Source of the DNA: Camelus ferus
Taxonomy: Eukaryota
DNA length: 64,000 nt
Direction: 5' to 3'
Assembly: GCF_009834535.1 (NCBI RefSeq)
Contig: NC_045697.1
Location: forward strand, 68,822,001 to 68,886,000
In this document: positions 25,292 to 38,399 of the stretch, piece after piece
Position numbering within the stretch: the stretch's first letter is position 1
Layout: the number at the start of each line of letters is the position of its first letter
Translations under genes and position numbers: made by a program
The notes under the pieces: generated by a model
Told to the model about the DNA's origin: nothing
Seen by the model: the letters and a program-made list of their open reading frames with translations, nothing else
Databases searched by the model: none

Positions 25292-26349
25292 AATAACAGA
25301 AAATAATTTTATCTGACTGGTAAAGAATGTGATATGAAACCCAAAAAGTCCCTTCTCATTGGTATTGCTATTGGTATTAGGGTAAAACAAAATTACCAAT
25401 GTTTAAATGACAAATAACGGGGTTAAAAAACACTTTTTTTCTTATTTTATTTCTAAGAAGATATGACAGGAAAGGATATCATTCATAGGATAAACACTGA
25501 CACAAAGCATACAACCAATAGAACTATTATCACTGTACCTTTTGATTATAGAACAATGATTTTTTTTAAAAAATCAAAAGACAACAAATTAGTTGTCTCC
25601 AGTGAAAGTCAGATAATATTAAGAACTGTAAATAGAAGTGGGCTATTCTTATTTTAGAATCAAGACATTTGTCATATTGATCAATAAAAATCTAACCCAA
25701 ATAAGAATCAACAAAAAGTGAGAAATTTGTTTAGAGAGTTGATAACATCACATTTGACTTCTTTTCCCTGATTGGATCAATGTAACAGAGAGTCTGGACA
25801 AATAGCAGTTAATTTTCAATTACCAAAACAAAGCATGGATATTAACTGAATTGGCCCTGGTCACCTATTAAGTCTATGTTAGAGATGTATTTGGACTCTA
25901 TACCTAAAATAGCAGATTAAATTTAAAAGAATGAACAATTCTATAATCATTACAGCATCTACATATGGCAAAGGAAATCAAATTTCATACATCATGGCAT
26001 CAGGTAATTGCTTCAGAAATCCATATTTTTTTCTAATGTGGTGATTACAGAGGCATGTGGAATTTCTGCTATCATTTCTTTGAAGTATAGGCTATTTTAA
26101 GATGCAGGATGGCAAACGATGAAATATTGGTTTAAACAATGTGATAAACATTTTTTCATCTAGCAAGCTGGCTACTTTACAGTTGTATAGTGACTTTAAC
26201 AGTCCATATGTCTTTGACTTCCAAATAATAATTGTCTTCATAATGAAGCTATTTCCCTCTCTCAAATTCTTTCAGAAGCTACTGTTGGCTTGGCATTAAG
26301 AAGAAACATGTTTCTTATTATAATAAGATTTTATACTTCTAAGGGACTT

Positions 26350-26550
26350 AAGGGGTTCTGAAAATGACTTTGAAATACAGTCTTATTAATCTTTACTATT
26401 CTCATGAGAGCCAAGTAGTTGGAAAATATTATCTCAATTTTATAAGAGAAACTAATAAAACAATTAGTGAATTTACTTGCCCAAGGCTAAATATTGAAAC
26501 AATGAAAAGTCAGAGTCCCAATCCTGGCACTTAATTGAAACTCTTACTAC
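26350..26550 (-). mobile_element. MIR fragment
   Basis: attatctcaattttataagagaaact...acttgcccaaggct. Confidence 0.6.
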
Positions 26551-27743
26551 GATTTCAATCTGTAATAATTTTTATGGAGAATAGGGTAAAGACAAAGAGG
26601 AAAAAAAAAATCTTTAAAAATTATGAAGATCAACCTAATCTACCTCAAGAGATTCTGGAATACATATTTATTTGCTATTGATTGTGCTTGGTCATGGTGA
26701 CAGTGATGGTACCTGAACTTCAAAGAACCAATTTCCCTGCACCACTTCTGGGTAACCACATATTGAGTGTGGTCAGGGACACACTAAAGGTGTTTGAATT
26801 CTACTTTGAAAGAAAGCTGAAACCTGACAAAATCAACAATGGTACCATAACTCAAGAGAAGAACAAGATAATAAGAAAAGTTAAACTTGGACTTAAAATG
26901 GACCTTTTAGTTGGTAATATATTCAATTCTTGAAAGACAATGACAAAGCAATCCTCTATGACTCTCAGCATCTCCAAATATTTATATTTGCTTGACCTGT
27001 TGTATTCTCCTGCTTTGATTTTCCATTAAAAACTCTCAAGTTTCTCTATTCTGTTTCATTTTTTTTCTTCACAGTCTCATAAAGATTCATTACAACAGTT
27101 TGGTTGTTCAGTGGCAATATGTCTGTAAATTACTGTTGGAAACTATTGTTCCTATTCTCTGTCTAGTTCTTCAGTGTGAAATGTGTGAAATAACATACTT
27201 ACTGATTTATCTTCATTAATAAGCAAAATTATTTCATTCAATTTTAGTACAAAAACGCTATTAGTAATAGCTAAACTGATCTCAATTTTAAAAATCAAAA
27301 TTATTTTTGGAATTTCAACCACCCAAATAAATGTTTACCTTTTATACAGCTGCTTAATACTTGAGGAAAATTAAAATGATTCCATTGAGACTGGAGTGAT
27401 GTATATCTTGTATGCAACTGATTTCCAAATCAGTAGTTATTTGTCCTCTAATAACTGTAGCATATTAAGAGTTTGATGTTTTTTCTTTAATAGAAAATGA
27501 CTTGTTAGCTTTAGTAAAATTAGTAAAATTGTCTTTGGTAAAATTAAGACAATAAAACTCCAAACAAATCTTCCTACAGTTGAAAAACTAATCTAAAATC
27601 TTTCACTAAATAAGCAGGTTTTTCTTGAACTGCATACTTAAAAAAGCCGTGGTAAATGCAAATGTATGTTTACAATTGTCTATTTTAATAAGGAAATCTT
27701 AGGTTTTTTTCCCCATATCTTTAAAGTGACATTCTACACTTAC

Positions 27744-27903
27744 CTGGTCCATCGGTCATTTTGTCCAGACACCGAGGAGTCGTGCTAAGAAAGGAGGCAT
27801 GTTTTATTTTAGCCACAGAACTACGAGGTGGCATGTATTTATGCTGAACTTGAGACATCTCATATGATTTCTGCACATCATAGGTGCCTGGTGCTGGAAT
27901 ACC
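27744..27903 (-). CDS. STPG2: internal coding exon of STPG2 (sperm-tail PG-rich repeat-containing protein 2), 160 bp, phase 0 in and phase 1 out
   Basis: Minus strand acceptor tttgtttcAG|GGT ATT CCA GCA CCA GGC and donor GGA CCA G|GTaagt. The peptide GIPAPGTYDVQKSYEMSQVQHKYMPPRSSVAKIKHASFLSTTPRCLDKMTDGP(G) has the PAPGxY/PGP repeat motifs and closely matches human STPG2 as I recall it. Confidence 0.92.
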
Positions 27904-28241
27904 CTGAAACAAATTTCAATAAGATTAAATATATAGAAAATTTCCAAAAAGACATAGCATAGATGCTCTCACTAAGCAATGGTATACACAGAAAAACTGG
28001 AAATTTTTATTTAATCATTAAAAATAGAAATCTAAGAGTATCATTAAATCTATGCCCTTCTAATAAAAGTGTAAATTCACTTGTCAAAATTTAAGATAAA
28101 ATAAACACAATTATGAAATATAGGTTACATTTTAAAAATAGCCATCATAAACTCTAATTTTCAAACTTCATAATGAAAATCAAATTTTATACAGAAATGA
28201 GAGCAGTGATTATTTGTCTTCTTAAGCAGCAAAACTATTCC

Positions 28242-28296
28242 TGCTTTACTGTCCAAAGTGAGCATGCTTTACTGTCCAAAGTGAACATACTTTACT
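28242..28296. repeat. 23-bp tandem duplication (about 2.4 copies)
   Basis: tgctttactgtccaaagtgagca / tgctttactgtccaaagtgaaca / tactttact. Confidence 0.9.
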
Positions 28297-28659
28297 TATT
28301 CTACAAATGAGTCTTACTTCATTTTTAACAGATTTCAATTAAGTTAAAAGGCTTCCCCTTTCATCACTTATGGCTCTTTACATGCTCCACAGTTACATTA
28401 ACATTTCTAATCAACATAAACCACATAGATATTAATAACGGCAATAATAATTTCAATCTAAATTAAATTTGAAAATCATATATTTGTTGCACAATTAATG
28501 CCTGTAAACCATTAGCTAATTACCTCAATGAAAACTTTTTCAACTCATTTTCTTCAAATTACTTTAAAATACAATATATTATATATAACAAATTTGTTCA
28601 TCTGTACTAAGTATAAAGACCATGCTGTTTAAGTTTTAATGATTCTGGCAGGCAGGAGA

Positions 28660-28880
28660 CTTGTACTGTGGCTAAGGGTGTAGACTCTAGCACTAAGACT
28701 TCTTTGGTTCCAAACATCTGCTCCTTACTTGCTGTGGGACCCTAAGCAAGCCACTTAACCTCTGTGATCCTCAGCGTCATCTGTAACCAGGGAAACAACA
28801 GAATTCATATCATATGTCATAGGGTTATTGTGAGGATTAAATAAGTTAAAACAAGTAAAATACTTATCTTGGTCCCTGAT
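28660..28880 (+). mobile_element. MIR, near full length
   Basis: acttgctgtgggaccctaagcaagccacttaacctctgtg...atagggttattgtgaggattaaataag. Confidence 0.85.
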
Positions 28881-30589
28881 TCTATAAAAGGGTTAGCTAA
28901 CCTTGCTATTCTACAAAAGCTAATTCTAACATAAAAAATAAGACTGAACAATCAGGGTCTAGGCTATGAGAGAAGAATTTTCATGTTTCAAATAAGTCAA
29001 ACAAATTTGGATACTGAAAAAACAAACTTTTGAAGTCCCTCTAGAAGCCATACTTTATAAAACATACTTTCTCCTGTTCCTAATATCCCTATTAATACCC
29101 TCAAGCATATGCCCACAACATTATCTTCCACTTCCAAAGAGTCACTAAATATGGTAAGAGTACTGATCGTGACTAGCGGAGGAGATTCTTACATGAAACC
29201 CCATATTTCTGGTTTAAGGACTGTGTCAATCAGTAAATCAACTAAGAAATATCAGCAGTTATTTTCTCTTTGCTGGCATCAGGAGTATATTTAGTAAAGG
29301 TAGGCTGAGGGTAAGCAGTCGTAGCAACAGTTCAAAAAAGATGACATTTGGGTCTTTTGAGGCTGCTTCTGCAGTATGTAAAAGGAAAGTGGAGCACAAA
29401 AACGCAAAGAAATCATGAGTACACAATGTACCCAGGGTATCTAGGAAAGCTTTCCAAAGATCTTGATTACCCTACTATGCATTTTCATTTTCTTATCAGA
29501 AACTGTCATCGTTCCTGCTTCCCTTAACACTGTCTGGAGTCACCACCTAGTCCTTCGTCCAGTTCCGAGCCTAGATATAACTGACGGGTTTGGCTGCTGC
29601 CATGCAGGAAGGAAGCTTTTTTTTTTTTTTTAATGCCTTGGAGCAAAAGTAAGAAACTGCACAAGTAATCAGTTTTCTTCAACAACAATGTGTTCCCACC
29701 AAGGAAATTTCAACAAACTAGTTACCCTAAATTTCATTAGATTCACTGGCTCCTCTACCAAGTGAAAATATACTGCCCTCATTCATGACCACCCCTTTTT
29801 ATGGCATTTTTACACTTCTCTGAAAACTTATTCCCTATTTGTGTCCTTTATTGATGTTTATAGGCTCTTCTTACTCATCTTCAATTCTCTGAACAAGAAA
29901 TTAACATGTCAAGTAAATTTCCTAGGCATTAATTAATTTTCAGGACTAGTAAAACAAATCTGAAACCCTGTCTAGTAGCAATAACTCAGACATACTTATA
30001 CATAATACTCTAATCCATTTTAGGAAAAAATAGTATGTATAGATAAGATCACCAAATCTCTGCTGGTGATCCTTTATACATCACAGAAAATAGGGAAGGC
30101 TGGTGATGCGTGACTATAATAGACATTTCTCATGCCTTTTTTTAACCCAGAATCTGAATCCCATTCCTGTGTTTGGGAAATTCCACATGCTTTGCAGCAG
30201 AATCTGAGTCCCAGCACAAAATCTAAAACTATCTGATTCTCATTTTCCTGATCTAATTTTAGAAATCTAGGACAAGAATCTAGGTCACAGGCTTAAATGA
30301 CAGCCTTTGAACTGGCAGCCAGTTTAAAAACAAACAAACAAACAAAAAAACCAGAACATTTAAAATTCCATTTTAGATTTTATTTATTTTTTAGTTTAAA
30401 TAAATTGAATTTTTTTTTAAATTCTATTCTAGTGATGGCGCTGGCAGGGCTAGCAGCTATATCCAGTGCTCAGAAGCAACAGTGGGAGGACAAACTGAAA
30501 GAAGCAATTAGAGACTGAGGGAAAATGCCACAAAATGTCTAATGAAATAAAAGCTATGCCTTAAGGCAAATTAAAGTAAGTCTAAAATG

Positions 30590-31070
30590 TCCTGACTTCT
30601 TCATCTGGAAAACCAGGACCCTACCTAAAAATGACATAAATAACAGAGTTAAGATAACTGATGTATGCAAAATTCTTAGAATGGTGTCTATAAAAATAAT
30701 GAATAAATAAAAACCTCAACTAAATATGGTCAGATCAGAAGGGAGAGGTCTCATACCCTATGACAACAGCAGAGCCCAACAGGAAGAAGAAAGACCCTCT
30801 TCTCTCCTGACACGGACTCAGCCAATTAAATGCCATCAACTCTGTTTCCTATCATCCTCCAAACTTCCTTTTCCTCTCTGGAAAGTGTTCTTCCCTTGCC
30901 CTGCAGGGACTTGAACGTGGCTGCCATTGTCGCAGACAATGAATCACAATTCTCTACTGATCCCAAATAAACCCACCTTTGCTGGAGAAATATCTGGCAG
31001 CCTATTTATTTTAGGTCAACATACCTGATACATAACAAGTACTAGTGTTTGCTTTCATTGCCATCATCAT
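30590..31070 (+). mobile_element. MIR 3' half, split by the LTR at 30689-31021
   Basis: ...gatgtatgcaaaattcttagaatggtgtc | tacctgatacataacaagtact rejoin into the MIR tail. Confidence 0.6.
30689..31021 (+). mobile_element. solo ERV1-class LTR (about 333 bp)
   Basis: Ends ttttaggtcaaCA; CCAAT near 30822; AATAAA at 30966-30971; degenerate 4-bp TSD tgtc/tacc; interrupts a MIR. Confidence 0.7.
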
Positions 31071-33269
31071 TGTTACCAGTATTATTATTTCTATTAGTTG
31101 TGGAACTTTATGAAACCCTCAGTGGTATCTCCCTTTCTTGCAGAGATGCCAACAGGATATTTAAAAGGTAAGCTCCTAGTATTTTAAGCCCCAAACAACA
31201 ACAACAAAATCAAATTAGGTAAGTTGTTGGGAATCACATGAAGACAGCGAATCAGGCAGCTAAAAAAATATCACTGGTGGCAACCAACTTGAAAGAAACT
31301 TTGTATTTTGGAAAAACCTTTTCCCATACTTTGTGGTTTCATTCAATTATGTCAAGTTGAAGTCCCTGTACAATTCCCCAAGCCCAGAACTCTTGCATTA
31401 ACCACTTAAAGTCCAAGCCTAAATGATCTATAGCCACAAAGACCAGCTCCTCATTTCAAAAAATTCAAAAATTTTCCCATCCTTGTTTACTGCCATTTTG
31501 ACATATGACTTTTCATATAGTCTCTAACTTGGACATATTAAACTACATGTATGCTCTGATGTTCCAAAACTTTGATTATGAAACACCAACAATTAAACCC
31601 CTCAGCCTCAGCAAGAAATGGAGCATTTGAATGCTGAGTTGTCTTACAAGCTATAAGACACTGCAAATAAATACTGAACTTGAGTTTTAGCCTCAGTTTT
31701 ATTCTGGTAAATCAAAGCTCTTTTAACATGTATTTATACTGCAATCTGCTTTCTTCTATATGGGCATTTACCAAGTCAGGGTAAGAGCTAAAGATTAGGT
31801 TTTTCATAGGCAGACAGGTTATTCTAAGGGAAATAGGAACTAGTGGAGCTTTCAAAGGTCACATAGTCTATCACAGCGAACTGAAGACTAGGGGAGCACA
31901 AACTCATCACCTGTGCTTTACAATGTAGTAATTGCTAAGTGTTAGAGCAGGCAAAATGACAGAGGTTTGGGCTGAAGAGACAGAATTCAGTCTGCAGTCT
32001 AGTGATGCTTAGGAGCCAAGCTCACACTGGAGCAAGGGCTGACAACAAGTACAATCCTCTTCCTCAAGATACTTCCCACATTTTGAAACTGAACGGCATA
32101 GAAAACTAAAGAGTAAGCTAAATATTTGTAAAGGGTAGGACTTGCAGAAAGAGAAGAGACCCTCAGGCACTCAACCAAAAACTCAGAAGGGCAACGTGAA
32201 GGAGGGCACAGAGCCACAAAGGCAGAGTGGAATCTCAGTCTTGCTGTGCTTAGGAGACAAACTCTCACAGCAGTATACATCAGGTCTAACAGTAATAGCT
32301 ATAGAAAGAAATTCATACACTTTATGAAAGTTAAAATTCTAAGCAATTAAATCAGAACAACTTCTTTCAAGTTATGAAATACATGTTTTTTCCACTTCTG
32401 CTTCTAGTACCATATATACATACACACACACACACACACACTCTCACACGATGTTAGGTAGCATAATATAATAAATCACTCACTAGCTATGATTTGGACT
32501 AAAATAAACTTTAATTATGATTTGGGGTAACTTATTCTAGCTGTTACTTCATAGCCAAATACATTCTAGTCTAAAATTTTATTTTAAAATTCCAAATACA
32601 TGATTATTAAAAAGTCACTTAGAGCTTTTACGATGAAACTTGTCACATTAGTGAAGCAACTTAAGACAACATCAAGGATACTTCCCATCAAAGCTTCAAA
32701 TCAAAATCTTTCATCAAATATATATGGTGAAAAAAATTATAGGCCATAAATGTAGTGAAGTTTGCCTGAATATGCAGAAAACTTTGATTAAAGCAATTTA
32801 CCAATATGTTTAACCAAGTTGTTTAATTTTGGCTTTATAGAGAAGAAAGGCATTTCGGATGATAATCAAATTATCTTTGTTTTGAATATTGCAAATTATA
32901 ATTACAAACATGTTACCCTTGCCATTTTTCAGCATTCCTAATATTCATCCTTCTAAACATACACCTTTTTAAATATATGACTTAGAAAATAATGTGTTAT
33001 TTTACAAAGAAAAGTATTTTAATACAGATGTGACATAATGTTAATTGTAAATTATAGTAAAAATAGGAAATATTTATTCCATTTTCTGTATTCTCCTGGT
33101 ATAGTGAAAAAGACCCTTTATCCTAATACTATTTTATGAAAGCAATTGTAATTGTGAGCTGTACCATGATTCTTCAAGGCTCAGTAAAGAATAACAAAAA
33201 ATGCTGATGAACAGAATCATGTAGGCAATAAAACCATTGATTTCACCTAATTTCTTCAACATAACATTA

Positions 33270-33484
33270 TGCAACTCACACTTGAGTCACAAATTTCCAG
33301 TTGTCTGCTATACATTTCCACTTCATTATTCTCAGATAGCCTTAAAATAAAACTCATTATCTTCCCTTCCCCAACTAGCCAACCATCTGTCCTTTCTCTC
33401 CTGCCTACAGTAACTCCTTATCTAGCCAGGCCTGAAAACAGAAAGCTGGCTCTCACTTTTTTTCACCTTCTTTCTCACATCTGG

Positions 33485-33515
<31 letters not shown>

Positions 33516-33843
33516 AACCAGTCAACCCTCTCTTTCCTTACTACCAAAAAAACCCTGGAAAGCACTCTAAAATACTACCTGACATCTGTACTAACCACCT
33601 CTTTAACCTTTAGGTGTTCCAGTCTCAAACCTCTGGCATCCCGGCAGCAGATAGTTATTGTACCAAAACACGGCAGACATCTGCTAGAAGCATTCATTGG
33701 CTCCCAAGTGTCTATGGGGAAAAAAATTCAGAAAATTCTCCTTGATATGCAAAGCCTTTCTAAATTTGAAGGTAAACTGCCAATTTTAAAACTCAGTCCA
33801 AAGGGAACATCTTCCATGAAGAATTCTTGATCACTCTAGCTAG
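33270..33843 (+). mobile_element. L2 fragment containing an A29 tract (33485-33513)
   Basis: ccagttgtctgctatacatttccactt...aaactcattatcttccc...ctagccaggcctgaaaac. Confidence 0.7.
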
Positions 33844-33864
33844 AACTGATATCCTTTACTTTTT

Positions 33865-34018
33865 GTGAACACCTTTATTGTGGTATGATTCCTGTACAGT
33901 AAACGACACATACTTCAGACATACATTTTTATGAATTTTGATAGATGTAGACACCAATGAAACCACCACAATCAAGATAGGTAACATTTCCATCACTCCC
34001 CAAGAGGTGCAATTTTCA
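33865..34018 (-). mobile_element. L1MC/L1MB-like 3' end flanked by perfect 21-bp direct repeats
   Basis: ctttattgtggtatgatt...tgaaaccaccacaatcaagataggtaacatttccatcactccc; repeats aactgatatcctttacttttt at 33844-33864 and 34019-34039. Confidence 0.85.
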
Positions 34019-34249
34019 AACTGATATCCTTTACTTTTTAATTCTATTACTGTTTATATAAACACATAAACATAAATAGCACATTAAACAAAACACCATA
34101 TTTACTTGAATATTTCTTTCTTTGTCAATGTAAGAGCAGAAAGAAAAAAGCCACCTGACAAGAAGGAAGGCAAGGTTTCCACAGGTAAAAGATTCTGTGT
34201 ACCCTACATATCTGCAGATCAAATTTTCTTTTATTCTCTCAAATTAAAA

Positions 34250-34660
34250 ACTCACAGTAGGAATCCAGGAGCATAGGGGCTCCACAATAACACTGGGAAT
34301 CTAGGTACTTTCATGCTTTCTGTTTCACCACTTAGATTGGACTCTCATCCTACTGTTCTCAAGATACTGATCATAGCTCCTGCATAGCATTATCATTTCA
34401 GAAATAAAGGGAAAGGACAAAAAGCAAAAATTGTGTTTAACAGCTGAAACACTTTCTAAGAGGAACTTTCCTAGAATCCCAAACCACTAACTTTTTGCTT
34501 TCTTCCCACTGGTTAAAATTGTGTCAAATAACCACCTAATAGCTATAAGGGAACTTAAAAAAAGTAGTTGTTTTACCTGGGCATTTTGCTCTTCTAAATA
34601 AAAAAGTAAGAAAGAAAAAGAAAATATATATGGGGTAGGCAACTAGTAATCTCACTCGTA
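34250..34660 (-). mobile_element. old MaLR (MLT1J/K-like) LTR
   Basis: cccactggttaaaattgtgtcaaataaccacc...gggtaggcaactagtaatctc. Confidence 0.55.
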
Positions 34661-34919
34661 ACTGCTGCCTTTGAGGGCACTAGAACCACGAAAAATTAAC
34701 CCAATTCTAGAATACTATCTAGGATATTAGACTACATAAAAGGCTATTTTGGCCCATGGTTTATTGGCTTAGTTGTCTAATTCTTGCTCCTCCTTTGGGT
34801 CTCAAATCTTCCCTGAATCTATTTGTTCTTTCAATAAGCTTTCAGAATACACAGCTCTTAAATTTGCAGCCACTGTTACACTTTTAATTAAACAAGTCTT
34901 TATTTGTTTAGTGTCATTC

Positions 34920-35078
34920 ATTTCCATAGAAATGTAAGCTTCTTGAAGGTTCAGAAAGCATCTGTTTTGTTCATCATCATATCCTCAATGATGGAAATGC
35001 CCAGAACACAGAATGTGATCAATGAACATTTTTTAATCAATGAGTAGATATATGAGCTAACGAATGAGTGAATGAATC
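34920..35078 (+). mobile_element. L2 3' end
   Basis: tagaaatgtaagcttcttgaagg...tgttttgttcatcatcatatcctc...gaatgagtgaatgaat. Confidence 0.7.
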
Positions 35079-37159
35079 TATCAGTATCTGTCTACCTCGA
35101 AGCTTTCCCTCTCATGTGTGCCCTTATCATTGAGTTTTTCCATAAAAGTAGGGTTGACACTGTCTTGAAAGTGTTTTCAACCCCTACCAGTGCTTAAATT
35201 TGCCTCACATGTAAGCAGTTCTTTATAAAATGTCTGTTGTGTAAAGACTGCTCAAGTACTGCTTTCCCTAAAGCAGAACACCAGCTTCTGGAAAAGATAA
35301 ATGTAATTTATAATCTCAACAATGATGTAGAAGTATGGACACTTCCATTTAAACTGACCAAGGACTAACTTTCACAAAATCATTACAGTGTGTCTCTAGG
35401 TAGTTAAATTTGATTACTATTTTATGTGAAATTATTTCTTTCTCTTTGCTATCAAAAAAGTAGACTTTTACTTTTGATGTTTGAGCTTTTCATGACCACC
35501 TTTGACACTGGTTTTATAGAAAAAAATGTATATCTCAGCAGATTTAAAGTAAAACATGTGAACAGAAATGGCCTATATAACCTTTCTCTTCCTGTAAATG
35601 CTAATGCTACTGAGGCACAGTAGTAGATCATTGCTAGTTATACTAGCTCTGACTGACATGATATCATTTCTTCAGCATTTTATCAACTCAATAAAAATCC
35701 AAAAGCTAATTATTTTCTAAGTTGAATGTGAAAAGGAAGAAAGTTAATGTAAATTATTCTTTAAAAAGAACATGATTGCTCCCAGAGCCAATTGGACAGA
35801 TTTGGATAAGGCACTAAAAATCACCTTGATAAACTTAGAAAACTTAGGAGAGGTAAAATTTGAATGTGATTTGTGAGTTATCTATGAATTTGAGTAAAAG
35901 AATTTTGAAAATTGTTCATTAACTGTAGAGAAATGTGTATAACAGTCAAATCAATTTATGTTCAAACTCTGTGAAATCAAACAACCCCTATTATCATCTA
36001 CATTATGTTCAGTATGTCAAGAATTATCCATTGTTTAAAAAGAGGAATCATTTCAAGGTACTGCTACTGAAATACCACAGAACTTCAAGTCAGAATTGCT
36101 GCGTTATATTCATAGCCTTATTAATAGCTTCAAGAAGGCCCTCAATGATCTCACCCACTCATCCAGTCCCCTTCTACCACGATGTATGCTGAAGGTCATG
36201 TTCAGAAATACTTAGCAGGTCACCGTGCAAAAACATGGCATTTTTTTTTCTCTTCTTACGAGACTGGCAGTAGATGAATAGGACTATTCATATTTGGAAG
36301 TTGCCCCACCATCCCTAGTAAGCTAAGAGTGGGCAGAATGATCCAGGCTGGCTTTCTGTAAGCTAGAAATATCTTAGCATCCTATTACCTACTTCAACAG
36401 TAATTATGGTTATATCTAGACAGAGAAGAGTAAAAGTGATGACAGAGAGGAATAACTACAAAAAACATGAAAAGAGAAGAGAAAAAGCAAATAACTGGCA
36501 AAGACGGTGTGGAACAACAGGAAAGGAACATTGCTTAGACAGAGAGAGAAGGAGCTCCAGTACTGTTAACTGTACACAAAAATAACATTTTATGGCACAT
36601 AGGTTGTAGATCTCAATAGCAAAAGACAACTTGTACATCTGAAATGCAGGGAATCTAATTACTCTCTCTTCATGTTCCCTAAACATATTTTCTAATAAAT
36701 GAAATATATTATAATTAGCTCCTCTTTTTCCAGATGCTGCTTATGTGACAGTAAAGAATTGTGCAAGTTATCTTATACTTGGTGTCAAATTTCACAGCAC
36801 ATTTTTTTAGAAACACTGTATGTTTGTTGACTGAATAGATAAAAAAACAAAACAAAATAAAACATTAGATGAAAGGGTTTCAAGGCTGCCATTACTATTT
36901 TCCAGAGTCATGTACATAAAGGTAATAGCCAAAATATTATTTAACTTCATAAGGTATCACGGAAAAGATCTAAAATAAAAATATTAATATCCTTACTTCT
37001 TCCATTTCCTTCTTTTAAAGAATTTGGTACAGTTTCCTCTGTACTGTAAGAAAATGCTATTTAAATGCTACTGTTTTTAAATGCTACACCATCTTACTAT
37101 TGGTCTATCAGCCTAAAAACAAAAATTTAGCGAGTCTTTACTAAGCACTGGGATTAGTG

Positions 37160-37390
37160 TCCACCAATAGCAAAGATTATGGACTCTGAAGCTATTGCCT
37201 GGGCTCAAGCCCTGGCCTGGCATTTTTGCTAACCATATAAACATGGGTGAATCTTCTGTCTCAATTTCCTCACACATAAAATAGGTATAATGACACTAGT
37301 TCACATCCCTTAGTGTTCTTTTAAGGATAAATGAATCAATATACGTGCAACACTGAGTGCCACGCGAACAACTCCCGGTTATTATTATAC
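37160..37390 (+). mobile_element. MIR
   Basis: tggactctgaagctattgcctgggctcaagccctggc...ctgtctcaatttcctcacacataaaatagg. Confidence 0.75.
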
Positions 37391-38399
37391 TTCATTATAA
37401 ATATTTGAGTTCCTAATATCTCAAATATGTAGGTAGCACTTAATTTTTTTCCCCAAATCTACTACAGGTGCTATTTGAAAGTAATATATTCTTCAATGTG
37501 ATAAATAAATTAAATTTTAGAACAACAGTTAAAAATAATATCAATATATCCTGTTTCAAATGACAACATGTACTAAGACTGACATGAAATTGTAAATTAT
37601 TTATGGCCAAATTTAACAAATATCTATATTAGACATAAAAAAACATTTATTAACATTATTGAAGAAATGTCATGCTAAAAAATCTTATTTTAACCTTTTC
37701 CCATGTATTTTAGGGTATTGTTTACTGAACAACTTTAAATGTCTTTGTTATAATTATGGAGAATCTACACTTCAATATATTAAAGAAAAATGTAAATTTT
37801 CTAGTCCCAGGTTCCAGTTTTGTGAAACACAAACATTTTTAATATCTTAAAGATAAAACTACCTTGAGAAAACTAAATTTCTGATTTATAAAATCCTTAG
37901 CCTGTATTAATGCCTACACAATAAACAGGTAAGTCAATTAAGCATGTACAAAAGCACGTGAAAAAGAAGACAAGTGTAAGAGAAGGAAAAGCTTGTTGTT
38001 TCAGTTTGGAAAAGCATCTAATTACCATCTCTCGTGAAGTCACTCCAAATTTTCCAGGGAACTCATGGCAAATATAAAAATGAAAGAAAAATATAATAAA
38101 CTAAAAGCAAAATGAAATAAGCCAAAAAGGCCAATAAATCAGAAGCAAAGAAGAGTATCTGATAAATTATATAGTCCAGAATAGCAAACAAAAGTTGGTA
38201 GACAATACTTATTTTGTTTACCTGAAATAAGTAATACTAAATTGGATAAAAAGAGAAGAGACGCTGCATCTGCCTCTACTGTCTGCTCCTGGCTCAGAGA
38301 TCTAAAATCTGTATCACACAGTAATCCGTGTGACACAGTATAGATCATCTTGGATGCAATCTTTGATGCAATCAAGTACTGTTCTATTTTTCCCTTCTA

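Noticed and set aside
27721..27912. 63-aa stand-alone ORF as listed in the track
   Set aside because: Its ends (MFQ and KCRMSL) are intronic; the real unit is the spliced exon 27744-27903.
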